A stretch of DNA of 62,570 nucleotides, filler included, from Kipferlia bialata (taxonomy: Eukaryota): the NCBI GenBank assembly GCA_003568945.1. It is 4 parts of 4 records of this genome, joined end to end, with 100 filler letters (N's around TTAATTAATTAA, not from the genome) between each part and the next. Parts side by side here need not be neighbours in the genome. Positions count along the whole stretch, not along the records: positions 48,801 to 58,425 come from BDIP01000250.1; positions 58,526 to 62,570 come from BDIP01000306.1; 2 more parts are not named here. One strand, given 5' to 3'. Shown here in pieces: positions 52,047 to 62,570 of this stretch (position 1 is the first letter of the stretch; every line of letters starts with the position of its first letter). The translations under genes and the position numbers were made by a program. Below the pieces are notes generated by a model that saw nothing but the letters and a program-made list of their open reading frames with translations, had not been told where the DNA came from and made no database searches.

Positions 52047-53259
52047 CTATTCTACACATGCCTGTATCTGGGCCTCGCCCTCTGCCCCTACCTGGTACCC
52101 CACCCCCACCGTCTGCAGCTTCTGTGTCACCACCACCCCAGCCACCCTCAGGGCACGGGGTATGTCTAGGCCACAGGACAGGGCATAACACATGGAGCCA
52201 GTGATGGTGTCGCCCCTCCCTGTGCGGCACTCGATGTCCACAGTGATGCCCTCCCATGGGGTCACAGAAGATACACACCTACCATCTAGGTACACACGCA
52301 CTCCATTGCCGTGGGATAGCAGGAATAGAGTGGCTGGATATGCAGAGGAGAGGGTGCAGGCGTTGGAGTCAAGGCCTGGGGTGGCGGGAGGGACCAGCAT
52401 GGTGTTGACTATGGTCTCACACTCCTGAGGGTTACTAAGGACACTTACATACGACGTCGCACTCTATACTCTATACTGAACCCATGATTGCCACACCTTG
52501 TCATCCAGCTTCACCATGTCCACCCAGTCAATGTGGTCGAAGAGACCGGTGGGGGCCACATGCTTGATGGACCCATCCTCCTGTCTCTGCCTCAGGAAGC
52601 CCTGGCATAAGTCACATACAGATGCATATATATATACAATACAATCATGTATTACGTACTTGTACATCCACTGCCAGCCTGTGCCCCTGGAACTGGCCCT
52701 TGAGGTGGGGGATGAGGAAGGGCGGGAACTCTGAGTAGAGGGCACTGAGGACAACCCAGGGCACGCACTCAGCTGCATCGACTGACACAGGGGGGAGGGA
52801 CGGGGAGGAGGGAGAAGAAGGTGAAGAGGGGGACCATGACGGTGATGACTCCCCCACGAGCTGTGCAGCCTGTGCGATATCCTCCATGGTGTATGCATCT
52901 GCCAGAGACCTTACCACAGTGACCCTGTCACTCCTAGCAGTCATGGTCTACGGGGGTCAGAGAGGGGGTAAGGGGGGAGAGAGAGAGAGAGAGAGAGGTA
53001 GAGTCCCCATGCACTAATGATGATAGTCAGTGGGGGCGGTACACGAAGAGTGATACCTTGGCTGGGTATGTGTTGACACTGACTGTGGAGACTGGTGAGG
53101 GCAGGACACATGTTGTGACAGACTGGGGGAAGTCAAAGAGAGGGGTGTCGGCCTCAGTCATCTTGGTCACCACAGACAGGGGGCAGGAGGGAGCGGGGGA
53201 TGATGTCATGACCCTCTGGGCCTCAGCAGCGGCATAGCTACCATACCAGACACCTCCAC
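52047..53259 (-). CDS. PfkB/ribokinase-family carbohydrate kinase (5' exon missing)
   Basis: GGVWYGSYAA, LAVDVQGFLR, VDMVKLDDKE, LLSHGNGV and the anion-hole motif CRTGRGDT. Confidence 0.8.
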
Positions 53260-53306
53260 CTAGGAGTAAGGGTAATGTATTAAGGGGGGGGCGGGGGGGG
53301 GGGGTT

Positions 53307-53338
<32 letters not shown>

Positions 53339-53385
53339 CTCTCCCCTCCTTCCACCTCCCTCATTTCTATTCCTCCTACCCCCAG

Positions 53386-54731
53386 CCTACTACTTTGGCC
53401 AGTACACCATCCTCTACCTGGTCGGCCTGTACATCGGGTGTGGGGATGGGATATTTGTAGATAGCTACGAGGTTGGTTGAGTCTCAAGTAGTATCTCCTG
53501 GTCATGAGTGTACTGATGGTGCATTGCTTTGTCAGTATCATGTGTCTTATCATCCGACTCATGGCAGATAGTGTTTGACGCCCCTTACGGTGGTTCGCCC
53601 TGGAGGGAGATCTACCGCTGGTACTACATCATGCAGGTGTCCACATACGTCGTTGCCTGCCTGTTCCTAGCAGGTGACTCCAGGTAAGAGGAATACCATA
53701 TCATATGAAGAGGACTGCTATTCTACTCTCCAAGTCACTCTCTTTGACTTGTTCCTCTATCTCCCCTCACTGGTAGGAAGGGGTACTCGGACACCTTAGT
53801 GATGTGGCTACACCATGGTGAGTGTCGTGTATTGTATTTGCCGCATATAGATTCATAATCTACATCATTGACTCGAGTTCCTACCATCAGCGATGTATGT
53901 ATTAGACAACCCCCCCCCCCTTCTCTTAACCTCCAGGCATCACCCTCGCCATGTTAGTCTGCTCCTATCGAATGCAGTACATCCGATTCGGTGTCTTCCT
54001 GGCCTGCATAGCTGACTTCTCCGATGTCTTCCTAGAGCTGTCCAAGCTCATCAACTACACACTCGGAGAGTACGGGATCATGCTGCTATATATATATACC
54101 ATATCTTACCTCGGGTGCATCTCTGTGTATGCGTGTCCCTCTGTTATGTCTCACCCCAGGTATGTGAGCGTGTACTCTTTCGGTATCTTCGCCCTGTCCT
54201 TCATCGGCATCAGGGTGGTATACTACCCATACATGTTTGTGCCGGTCTGGAAGCACTTCAGCCAAGCAGGGTCTATATTGGATGAGAGGCACCCTTATGC
54301 CTTCTTGCAGGTATTATTATCATCTCTTTGGTCTTATCGGCTTGTCACGGGCTGTTAGTGACTGAGTTCGTGTATGTCACCCTCACCCCAGGGCAAGTAC
54401 ACATGGCCTGTGGGCCTTGTAGGCATCTACCTCCTGTTTGTGTACTGGTCCCTGCAGATTGTCAAGATGGTGTATGGCATAGTGTTCAAGGTGCGGCATG
54501 TTGTCCCCTCTCTCAACCTATCACATAGACAGTGTGTATGCCCATCCTCTGACCCTTCAGAATGTGCGTGGCGACATCCGGGACAGTGGGGAGCAGCAGT
54601 CTGGGTGGAAGGGGGCCAACAAGCTGGACATCTCCAGACCCCCTGCCGCTGTCCCCCTAGACAGAGACCCAGACACCAAGGAGAAGAGGTCGGTGTCACA
54701 GCCACCCACAGGCAAGAGGAAGGCAGAGTAA
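53386..54731 (+). CDS. Ceramide synthase, Lag1/TLC domain (5' exons missing)
   Basis: WYYIMQ..Y, Lag1 motif RK..SD..VMWLHHGITLAMLVCSY..R.G....ADFSDVFLELSKLINY, F..F..SF...R, YW..I.KM, GDIRDSGE and a C-terminal KRKAE ER-retrieval-like signal. Confidence 0.92.
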
Positions 54732-55278
54732 TAGAGAGCATCCTGTTGGCCTAAGGAGCAATCATTCATTAATCGAACTCATATATCATGTCATAGAGGA
54801 ATAGTTGCCTGATATGTGTTATTCGAAGGATCAACATCCTGCCCCAGCATCACACAGCGGGTTACTAGCAGGGCCGTTGCTAGATGAACCCTTGGGAAAA
54901 ACCTCGAAAACACGATAGTCAGTGCAGTCACATTGATTGATTGCTTCTTGAAAACCCTGCCTTCTTGCCGTACCTCCGATGAGTGCTGACGTGACCCAGA
55001 CCCAGGTTGTGCGGGAACCGTCTATGTCTGAGTTTGTAGACAGGGAGAATCTGTATGTGCCATACAAAGGTTGGTTCATTGAGTAGTATACAAAGAGCCT
55101 TTGTCTGTCGTCATTATGTGGACTTCATGCATATTTTCATAGGTATAGCAGTTATATCAATTGTGTATTGCATCGCAAGGGAAGTGGTATCGGTAGACAC
55201 CGTAGATATAGCACGAGTGGGTCTATATATGTGCATTGATTCAATGGTCAGTATCCACTCTCTTTGTGCTTATCCCAG

Positions 55279-56799
55279 CAAGGCCCTTTTGGAAGATTGC
55301 AGTCAAGTATGACTGGCTTCCGGCCATTCTGGGCATTGCCCTCTGGCTCTTCATTCCCCTCAATGCCGCCTTTGTGGTCCTGTACTTTATATCTAACAGG
55401 TGAGGATAAGGTAATTGGATCTGGTGGAGCATTGCGTCATCCCTTTTGTTACCATGGTAGTAGATGTCTCTCCTATGCCCCCTCCCCCTCTAGCGCATGC
55501 CTCTTATCCCAGCACCTATGTCCCTGTGGAGGGCCTGTCCAGACTGGCTGTCAACATATCAGATGCCGGGTCATGTGACATGAACCCTGAGGGGTGCATG
55601 TACTTCACAGCAGCCTTTGTGTGTGGCGGTCTCTGCATCATGATAGGCCTCTTTGCTGTCAGTCTGGTGCGGTCTATCTGTCTATATATATATGGGTATT
55701 TCCACACTGATATCACTATTTATGTGCATAACCCTCTGCACTGCCTATCCCCCCCCCACCCCCAACCCCTAGGTGTTTGCCCACCCCATCCACAGGCAGG
55801 CCAAGTGTGCTGCTGGCACTGTGTTCAGTGGGCTGGTGCTAGGTATGCGGCACATTCAATGTGCTGTGACAGTCCGTATCTGCATATCTATATATCCATA
55901 TCTTATCCTCTCACCCTAGGACTTGCTCTCATGGGAGTGGGTATATTCCACCCTGACCCCTACCCTGTGTTTGGAGGCCTCTGCCGTAGTGTGGATGTTC
56001 ACAACACATGTGCCTTCATCACCTTCGGCACCTTGGTCGTGGCAGGTCTCTTCGTCAAGGTGTGTCTCTTCCTCTACCCCCCTTCCCTCTCTTCCCCTCC
56101 CCCACTGATGCCTCAGCACGGTCTTGAGCACCACTTGACCCAGGCCAAGTCCCAGGGCCTCACTGTCACAGCATACACACGCGTCAGACGCAGCATATCC
56201 GGTATGGGGTCTGAGTCATCTCAACTCCACTCTCTCGATCTAATGTCTCACCTCAGGTATCGCCGGGTCTCTTGCCATCTTGGTCCTGCTTCTGTGTGTG
56301 GCTAGGACCCTCTACCTGGACTATGGGTGCGTCTCTCTCATTCTCTTATCTCTTTCTGGTAGTTGTAAGTATACTTCCTCCCCATCCTCTCACCACTTAC
56401 TCTTAGCCCCATTGAGCCTGTCCCCTGTGACTACTATGGCACATGCTGCTCCCTGATGTCTCCTTGCCCAGGCCACTTCATGCTCAGCTTCGGACTGTAC
56501 GTATATACCTAAGTATATGTATATATATGTGTATGTATGCGTTCACCCCACACCATTTTCATGTCCCTGACCCCAGCTATGAGTGGATATTCTCCATTGC
56601 TGCCTATGTGTGGCTGGTGTCCCAGGTCATGCTCACTAGCTACTGGTCCAGGTTCCTTATCAGAAGGTACATTAACTATATATGTCTATATGCATATATG
56701 TATATGTGTACCCACCCCAGGTACCACCTTGGAGACTATGACGAGACATCGACGGTGAGGTCCCTGCTCCTCAAGAAGCCGAGGGTGGTCACGGCCTAG
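55279..56799 (+). CDS. DUF998 / Frag1-DRAM-Sfk1-like multipass membrane protein (start uncertain, ~55244)
   Basis: In-frame exons give NISDAG..NPEG.MYF...F..GG, GLALMGVGIF..DVHNTCAFITF and LYEWI; about 6 TM segments. Confidence 0.65.
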
Positions 56800-57249
56800 T
56801 CTGGGCTGTCTAGTGTGCAGAGTGTCATGTGTGGATACCCGTCTGAGGGTGTGTGGATCTATCTCTATATATATACTCTTCCCAGTCTCAGCTTGTCACG
56901 AGGTGTATTCAATACTTGTCAATGCCGTTCCTGGCTTGATACTGCCCACCTCTGTGTCTATTGCTGCTGAGACCCTATCACTACTAGTAATATATCGTGT
57001 TAACTGGACGGAAGTCACTGGTACACCTATGAGTCGAAGGGGACTTCAATCACTAAGGCTGAAGCGATGCAGTCAATACCTGCCGAAACACATCATTTCC
57101 GAGCTCTTAATGTGGTATGGATGAGTGGGGTATAGGATGCCTCTCCATCTCCCCCCAACCCGTGAAAGACGAGGGCTACTGAAGTGCTGGAAGTTTGTCG
57201 GGATGGAACGACTCACCCGCAAGAGCAGGGAGGGGATCTGGTGTATGTC

Positions 57250-57867
57250 TCACCAGTACCCCTTACCCTCGACAACCAGATCAGGGTTGGCCTCGGCAAA
57301 GTCCACATAACCCCCGGTCAGAATGCAGATGGCAACCTTACGAGGCATGGGGTGAGTTAGGGGAGAAGGGGGGGGGGGAGAGAGAGAGAGAGAGAGAGAG
57401 AGAATGTGTGTGTGTGTTGCACATTAACATCGATAATACCTAGTGTCCTTGTTGCAATGGGAAAGGAACCTCATGGCGGCCTTGGGTCCCCTGACCTGGG
57501 AGTACATGCAGTGGAAGACAATCGCACTCTTCTGGCGGTTCTGCCCTTCCAGTTAGGTGCATGATATCTTTAGAATACAAGAAATATCATTATTCACTAT
57601 GTAATGGAGACTAACCTAACAGCCACTCGAGCTGCTCATCGAGCCGGTCAATGGGCACATTCTCAGACCCCTTGATCCACCCGGCCTCCCTGTCCTCCTG
57701 CCTGACAGTTGGTATGGGAAGGTATAGATAGAGACACTATAGGTATAGATACACGCTCACCTCACATCCACCACGTGGCAGGAGGCCCTTGTGGAGGCAT
57801 CACGCAGCCACCCAGACAGCTGACTAGCAGTGATGTAGGTCACAGTGTCCACAGGCAGACTCTCCAT
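57250..57867 (-). CDS. Cdc25-like rhodanese-fold phosphatase/arsenate reductase (Ych1/Ibp1/ACR2 type), 4 exons
   Basis: YITASQL..WL..VVDVR.ED..GWIKGSENVP..IVFHCMYSQVRGPKAA..ILTGGY..F; active-site motif HCxxSQxRGP. Confidence 0.9.
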
Positions 57868-58374
57868 CACTCTGACAGAAGAGAGGGGACCCTGCTGATA
57901 TCAGGCCGGAAAAGATCGGATGAAACGTGGAGAGACAGACGTGAAGACGTCTCTCCAACCTGGGTGACCCCATAGGCATCCCTGCCCCTCATACAGTCAC
58001 TGTATTGGTACTAGGAGATGACGCTTGCCCCGAGTGCAAACATCCTCCTGGATTCCACCCCTCTCAAGACTGGAGTTGTATGTGTGAAGGTGAATGTGGA
58101 GGAGACGTGCTGTAGAGATGAGGCTGAGGCTGTGTCTGAGTGGACCTGGTCTGCCTGCGGGGAGGGGGTGAGCAGGGAATACACCAGCGCCCAGAACCTG
58201 AAGTGGCCCACCTCCACCATCAGAGATACACCCAGGTAGGGACAACCGTATCAACACTCAGATTGAGTCAGGGGTGGTCAACTGACCCTGCGGCGTCATT
58301 ACTAGACCCCATTTCCTTTGTATACCTTCCTCTCCCGTCCTATGTATGTCCTTGTGTGTGGTTGAGGTGGCTAC

Positions 58375-58425
<51 letters not shown>

Positions 58426-58525
58426 NNNNNNNNNNNNNNNNNNNNNNNNNNNNNNNNNNNNNNNNNNNNTTAATTAATTAANNNNNNNNNNNNNNNNNNN
58501 NNNNNNNNNNNNNNNNNNNNNNNNN
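58426..58525. other. Artificial contig linker
   Basis: N run with TTAATTAATTAA. Confidence 0.98.
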
Positions 58526-58707
58526 TTTCCCCCCTCCCCTCCCCCCCCCCCCCCCCCCCCCCCCCTTTCCATAGATATTAGTTCACATATATCCTATATT
58601 CCATGATTATTCTCTCTATACGCTCTCTTGTAGCAAGGAGTGGGCCAATGTCTCCATCTGTTTTTCTCTCTCTCTTTACATGTGGGTTCACCCATATCTC
58701 ATCTCAG

Positions 58708-58924
58708 GCTGTGTGGCAAGGCGTGGGCCAGACGCTATAGCAAGGTCCTGAGGATCAAGAAGAGCCAGGGAAACAAGTGAGTACTCTATTAATATATATC
58801 TTGTATACATATTCCCTATTCAATTCTCTTAAGCACATATATATGTCCTCTCACCCCAGATATGCCCTGCGCTGTCCAGAGCCAGACTGTCCATTCAGAA
58901 TAGGTATAGTATATATGTATATAG

Positions 58925-58956
<32 letters not shown>

Positions 58957-61926
58957 GGAGACAGACAGACAGACAGACATACAGTTACACTGCAAAATGC
59001 ATCCTGATTGTAGTGTAGACTTGTAGACACTTTTACATATATATTGCGAGAGAAGTGATGGTACTGTATACTCTTACTTACCCTGACCCCAGCCTGGACC
59101 AAGAAGGTCAGTGGCCACCTCTCAATGGTGGACAGTAAGTACAGGTATACCTAGCTGCTAGTTATCTATATGCCAGCAGTATGAATATGTCTACACTTAA
59201 TACCTCCTTAATCCTTGATACCTGACACGCAGGTGTCTTACCCACAAAGAAGGGTGCAAGAACACACCTGAACCCTCAGAGGTACTCTATATATGCATCT
59301 TACTGTGTCTGAATGTGACTGTACATTAGTCAATGTTTCAGAGTAGTGTCGCCCTTATAATCAGGCCCCTCCCCCCACTTCCCTCTCCCCCCTCAGTGCT
59401 GGAGTGTCTGGGAATAGTATGTCACAGACTGACAGAGACAGGGAAAGAGAGAGAGGGGGTAGCCAGGGTAGCCAGGGTGAAACTACCGCACAAGAGGAAG
59501 ATCACATCGACATACACAGGAGGTGAGACACTGTATATATATGTACATCTCCATATATATATATTTATAAGTTTACCCAAAACACTTGCTAGACATAGAC
59601 ATACACGAGATTACAGTGTTAGCCACATACTTGAATGGACGCATGTATATATGCTGTGTGTGTGTGCATATGTGAATGTATATACTCCATGGTCTCTAAT
59701 GTATATTATGTAAGTATCTTCCTATGCTGACCCTAGGCTTCTAGTGGAGTGGGTTAGTATATTTCCATACTCTTGATATGCCAGATATATTGTATACTCT
59801 CTACATATGCGTTGCTGACCCCAGGTTCCTAGATGAGGTGGCCCGGCAGAAGCAGAAACGGTTGGCTGAGGTATGTAACTCTCTACCTCTTCATACTTAC
59901 TTCTTCTTCTGGCTGTAAGTTCATTATCATGGAGTCATGTTTCTCTATTCTACTACATATTCTTCTATGGTTACATGCATCTAAAGGTCTTTACCCCAGG
60001 AGGCCAATAGAATTCAGGAACATGCTTCGAGTAGCCTACAGCGAAAGGTATGTAAAATATATACTATTCTAAGAGCACAGATGTTCTATTCGACCTCTAT
60101 AGAGGCCATATACTCTATGAATGTCTTTGCATTCAACCACATTGATCATATCACCCATAGCTATTGTCTATTCTGTGTTCTAGTATCATTCCTAACCTCA
60201 GACCCTTGCTAACGTGGCCAGGCTCCTCAACGATACGCGTAGATTCCCAGGTATGGGTTACTCTACGTATTGCCATCAGTGTCTATTGGATGGAGATGAA
60301 TATACACATATACACGTCAATATATATCACTTCTTTCTATGTTGTTGTGCCTCCTTACTCCAGGGTTTAAGGACAAACTCCTGGCACTCATCAAGGAGAA
60401 CGACGCATTCATAGCATTCCAGGTACTCCCGTATCATTCCATTATATCACATAGTGACTGATGATTCCTTACCTATGTGTTTGTTATCCATTTGCAATTT
60501 CCACATTATTACTGTTCATTTTCGACAGTCTCTCATACCCTAGGAAATGCGTATGAAGCAGTTGATGACTGGTGTGGTTGAGGCTGAGAGGGGGGAGGTG
60601 GATAAGCAGAGGAGTGGAGACCCCTCCCCTGAACGTGAGGGTGAGAGTGAGGGTGAGGGTGTTGGTAGGGGCGAGGTTGAGGGTGAGAGAAGTGTTGCAG
60701 ATACTCCGACTGATGGAGAGGGAGCAACGGATCCAGCTGGGGATGCTGGGCAAGTCATCGACATTCCAGAGTCCAATGATCGCGAGACCTCACCCCCTCA
60801 CCCCCTTGCACCTCGCCCTCCCTTTGTACCCCAGGTGCCGGTATCCACACTCCGTCTAGGTGCAGTGGCAGGGTTGTCTACTGGTAGTGCTACTAGGCGC
60901 GTTGTCCCTATCCGCCTGACGGGGGCTGGGGCAGTGCCTGTGAGTGGGGGCTCTATTTACGCAGAGGGTGTATCATCTAACCCTGTTGTGCCACTGGTAC
61001 CAACTGTACCTGCACCTGTAGGTAGGGGACCCCTCATGCCTGTGATGCCTCAGCCACAAACTCGGTGTGTGCCCATGCGGGTGGTGTCTAGGTAGGGTGT
61101 TTCATTATATTATTGTATATGCTACTAGGTATATATTTCTAATACTATTCTCTATTTATTAAATATTATATATTCACAGTTATATATATAGTGAGAATGC
61201 CACTACACCCATTACCCCCAGGCTGTCCCAGACTGGCCACCCGTCGCACTCTCTGTCACATAATAGATATCAGTATTATATATGGCATTATTAGTGTATA
61301 TGGATATATATTGGATACATTCCTAACCCCAGGCTGTCCCAGACTGGCCACCCCTCGCTCTTTCTGTCACACACTCTATATCAGTATTGTATATGTCACT
61401 ATTTTTTTATATATGGATATATATTGGATACACTCCTAACCCCAGGCTGTCCCAGACTGGCCACCCGTCGCACTCTCTGTCACATATATTATTTCACGTT
61501 CAATGTCCAATACGATATATATATATATAGTTTGGATACACTCCTAACCCCAGGCTGTCCCAGACTGGCCACCCCTCGCACTCCCTAGTGGCTAGCAGGG
61601 GAGGGGGGGATGTACCAACATCAGCTGTAGAGGACTGTGTGCTGCCTGAGTCCAGTATATGCACTGTGGATACTGTGGATACTGTGTCAGAGCAGAGATT
61701 GCCAACCGCATCAGTCAGTGCTGATATACTCCCTCTAGAGTCTGGTGCAGGAAGGGAGGGGGTCACTACCATTCCCATTGTTGTATCACACGCAGTGCCT
61801 AGCGATGGCCTGGGAGAGAGAGAGACTGAGGGTGAGTCTTCCTCCATCTCTCCCCCCGACTTGCCCCCGGGTAATGTGTCTCCTGATAGTGTTACAGAAC
61901 CTCTATTGAAGAGGCCTGCATCATAA
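58708..61926 (+). CDS. Multi-exon protein with MuDR/FAR1-like (WRKY-GCM fold) DNA-binding segment and long disordered C-terminus (5' truncated)
   Basis: Spliced AWARRYSKVLRIKKSQGNKYALRCPEPDCPFRIAW resembles the Mutator DBD (A....F...KS...Y...C....CP[WF]RI.A). A low-complexity E/G/P/V-rich remainder ends LLKRPAS*. Confidence 0.55.
61205..61583 (+). repeat. Four ~110-bp tandem copies of acceptor + exon start (ccccag|gctgtcccagactggccacc)
   Basis: AG at 61220, 61331, 61444 and 61552; only the last copy continues into the long terminal exon. Confidence 0.9.
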
Positions 61927-62526
61927 ATAATCCGCCGTTAGAGTCAATCATTCACTATATCTTCCTCCCATTGTAAATATATGCACCTGACTGAGATAGA
62001 CATCAAATGCTTCAAGAGAGACCTTCATATGTATATCACTGAATGAAACGTCAAACGTCGGCCATTGTACTAGGCCTCGTAGCTGCTATGGTAAGAATCT
62101 TACCTTTGGTCTCTCTACATACTGGTGAGATGGCCACTGCATCTGTCGCTAGAGTATCATTCGAGAACAAACCCTGCAGACGTGGTATACTGGTGCAGAT
62201 ATCAGATAGTCAGGTGAGGGGAGAGTACAGTATATATGCCACAGATAGGATTCACCCAATCGCTCCCTGACCCCTATAACCCTATTCTCTATCCCCCCCC
62301 CCCCCCACTATAAGTATAAACTTGAATAAGTTGGGAGAGTATATCGAATACTGGAATGGGTATATTATGTATGCGTCTCACACATATACAGTACCTGTGT
62401 GCTGATGAATGCTGTCTCTCTGTCTCTTAATGATACTAATACCTAATGTGTCTCTGACCCCCCCCCTCTCCCCCAATGTATTATGACCATATCCACTCCC
62501 CCACTGTTACCTGCACCTTCTCTCTC

Positions 62527-62570
<44 letters not shown>

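Noticed and set aside
54000..54030. Ceramide synthase IADFSD instead of LHDxSD
   Set aside because: That His is variable among Lag1 homologues; the HH pair and both Asp residues are intact.
54790..55240. Possible structured ncRNA or 82-aa ORF between genes
   Set aside because: An RNase P CR-V-like word is present, but no matching CR-I in the right order; no convincing tRNA, snRNA or protein motif.
57997..58380. Short ORFs on both strands at the contig end
   Set aside because: Strand and frame could not be determined; possibly a gene fragment, but unsupported.

Overview
Intron-rich eukaryotic (protist) DNA made of four unrelated contigs joined by 100-nt N/TTAATTAATTAA/N linkers (contigs 1-24336, 24437-48700, 48801-58425, 58526-62570), so gene order across linkers is meaningless. 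Introns are short GT-AG, TA/GA-microsatellite rich, with the branch point close to the acceptor (YTRAC-N2-6-YAG, e.g. ctgaccccag). The style resembles a free-living fornicate such as Kipferlia (inference). Manual splicing yields about 18 genes. Contig 1: a very divergent dynein heavy chain-like gene, a kelch-like protein, a bacterial-type C-GCAxxG-C-C redox protein, a PADR1 Zn-domain protein, a full-size (two-half) ABCD transporter, a Zn-finger TUTase/TRF4-like nucleotidyltransferase and TEX264-like. Contig 2: a multipass membrane protein, a tandem methyltransferase, Rce1 and Rad50. Contig 3: Rpt6, NMNAT, a Ras with Cys at position 12, a PfkB kinase, ceramide synthase, a DUF998/Frag1-like protein and a Cdc25/ACR2-like rhodanese. 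Contig 4: a MuDR-type DNA-binding protein. The most unusual signals are (1) introns in conserved genes that appear to need non-canonical splice sites (two GT..AT, one candidate ..AA acceptor, one GA/GC donor), (2) a ~1.3-kb intergenic field of abutting perfect palindromes with 1-nt centres, and (3) pervasive tandem 'echo' copies of exon ends inside introns, including introns that look born by tandem duplication. All family calls are from motif recognition by eye, not database searches.
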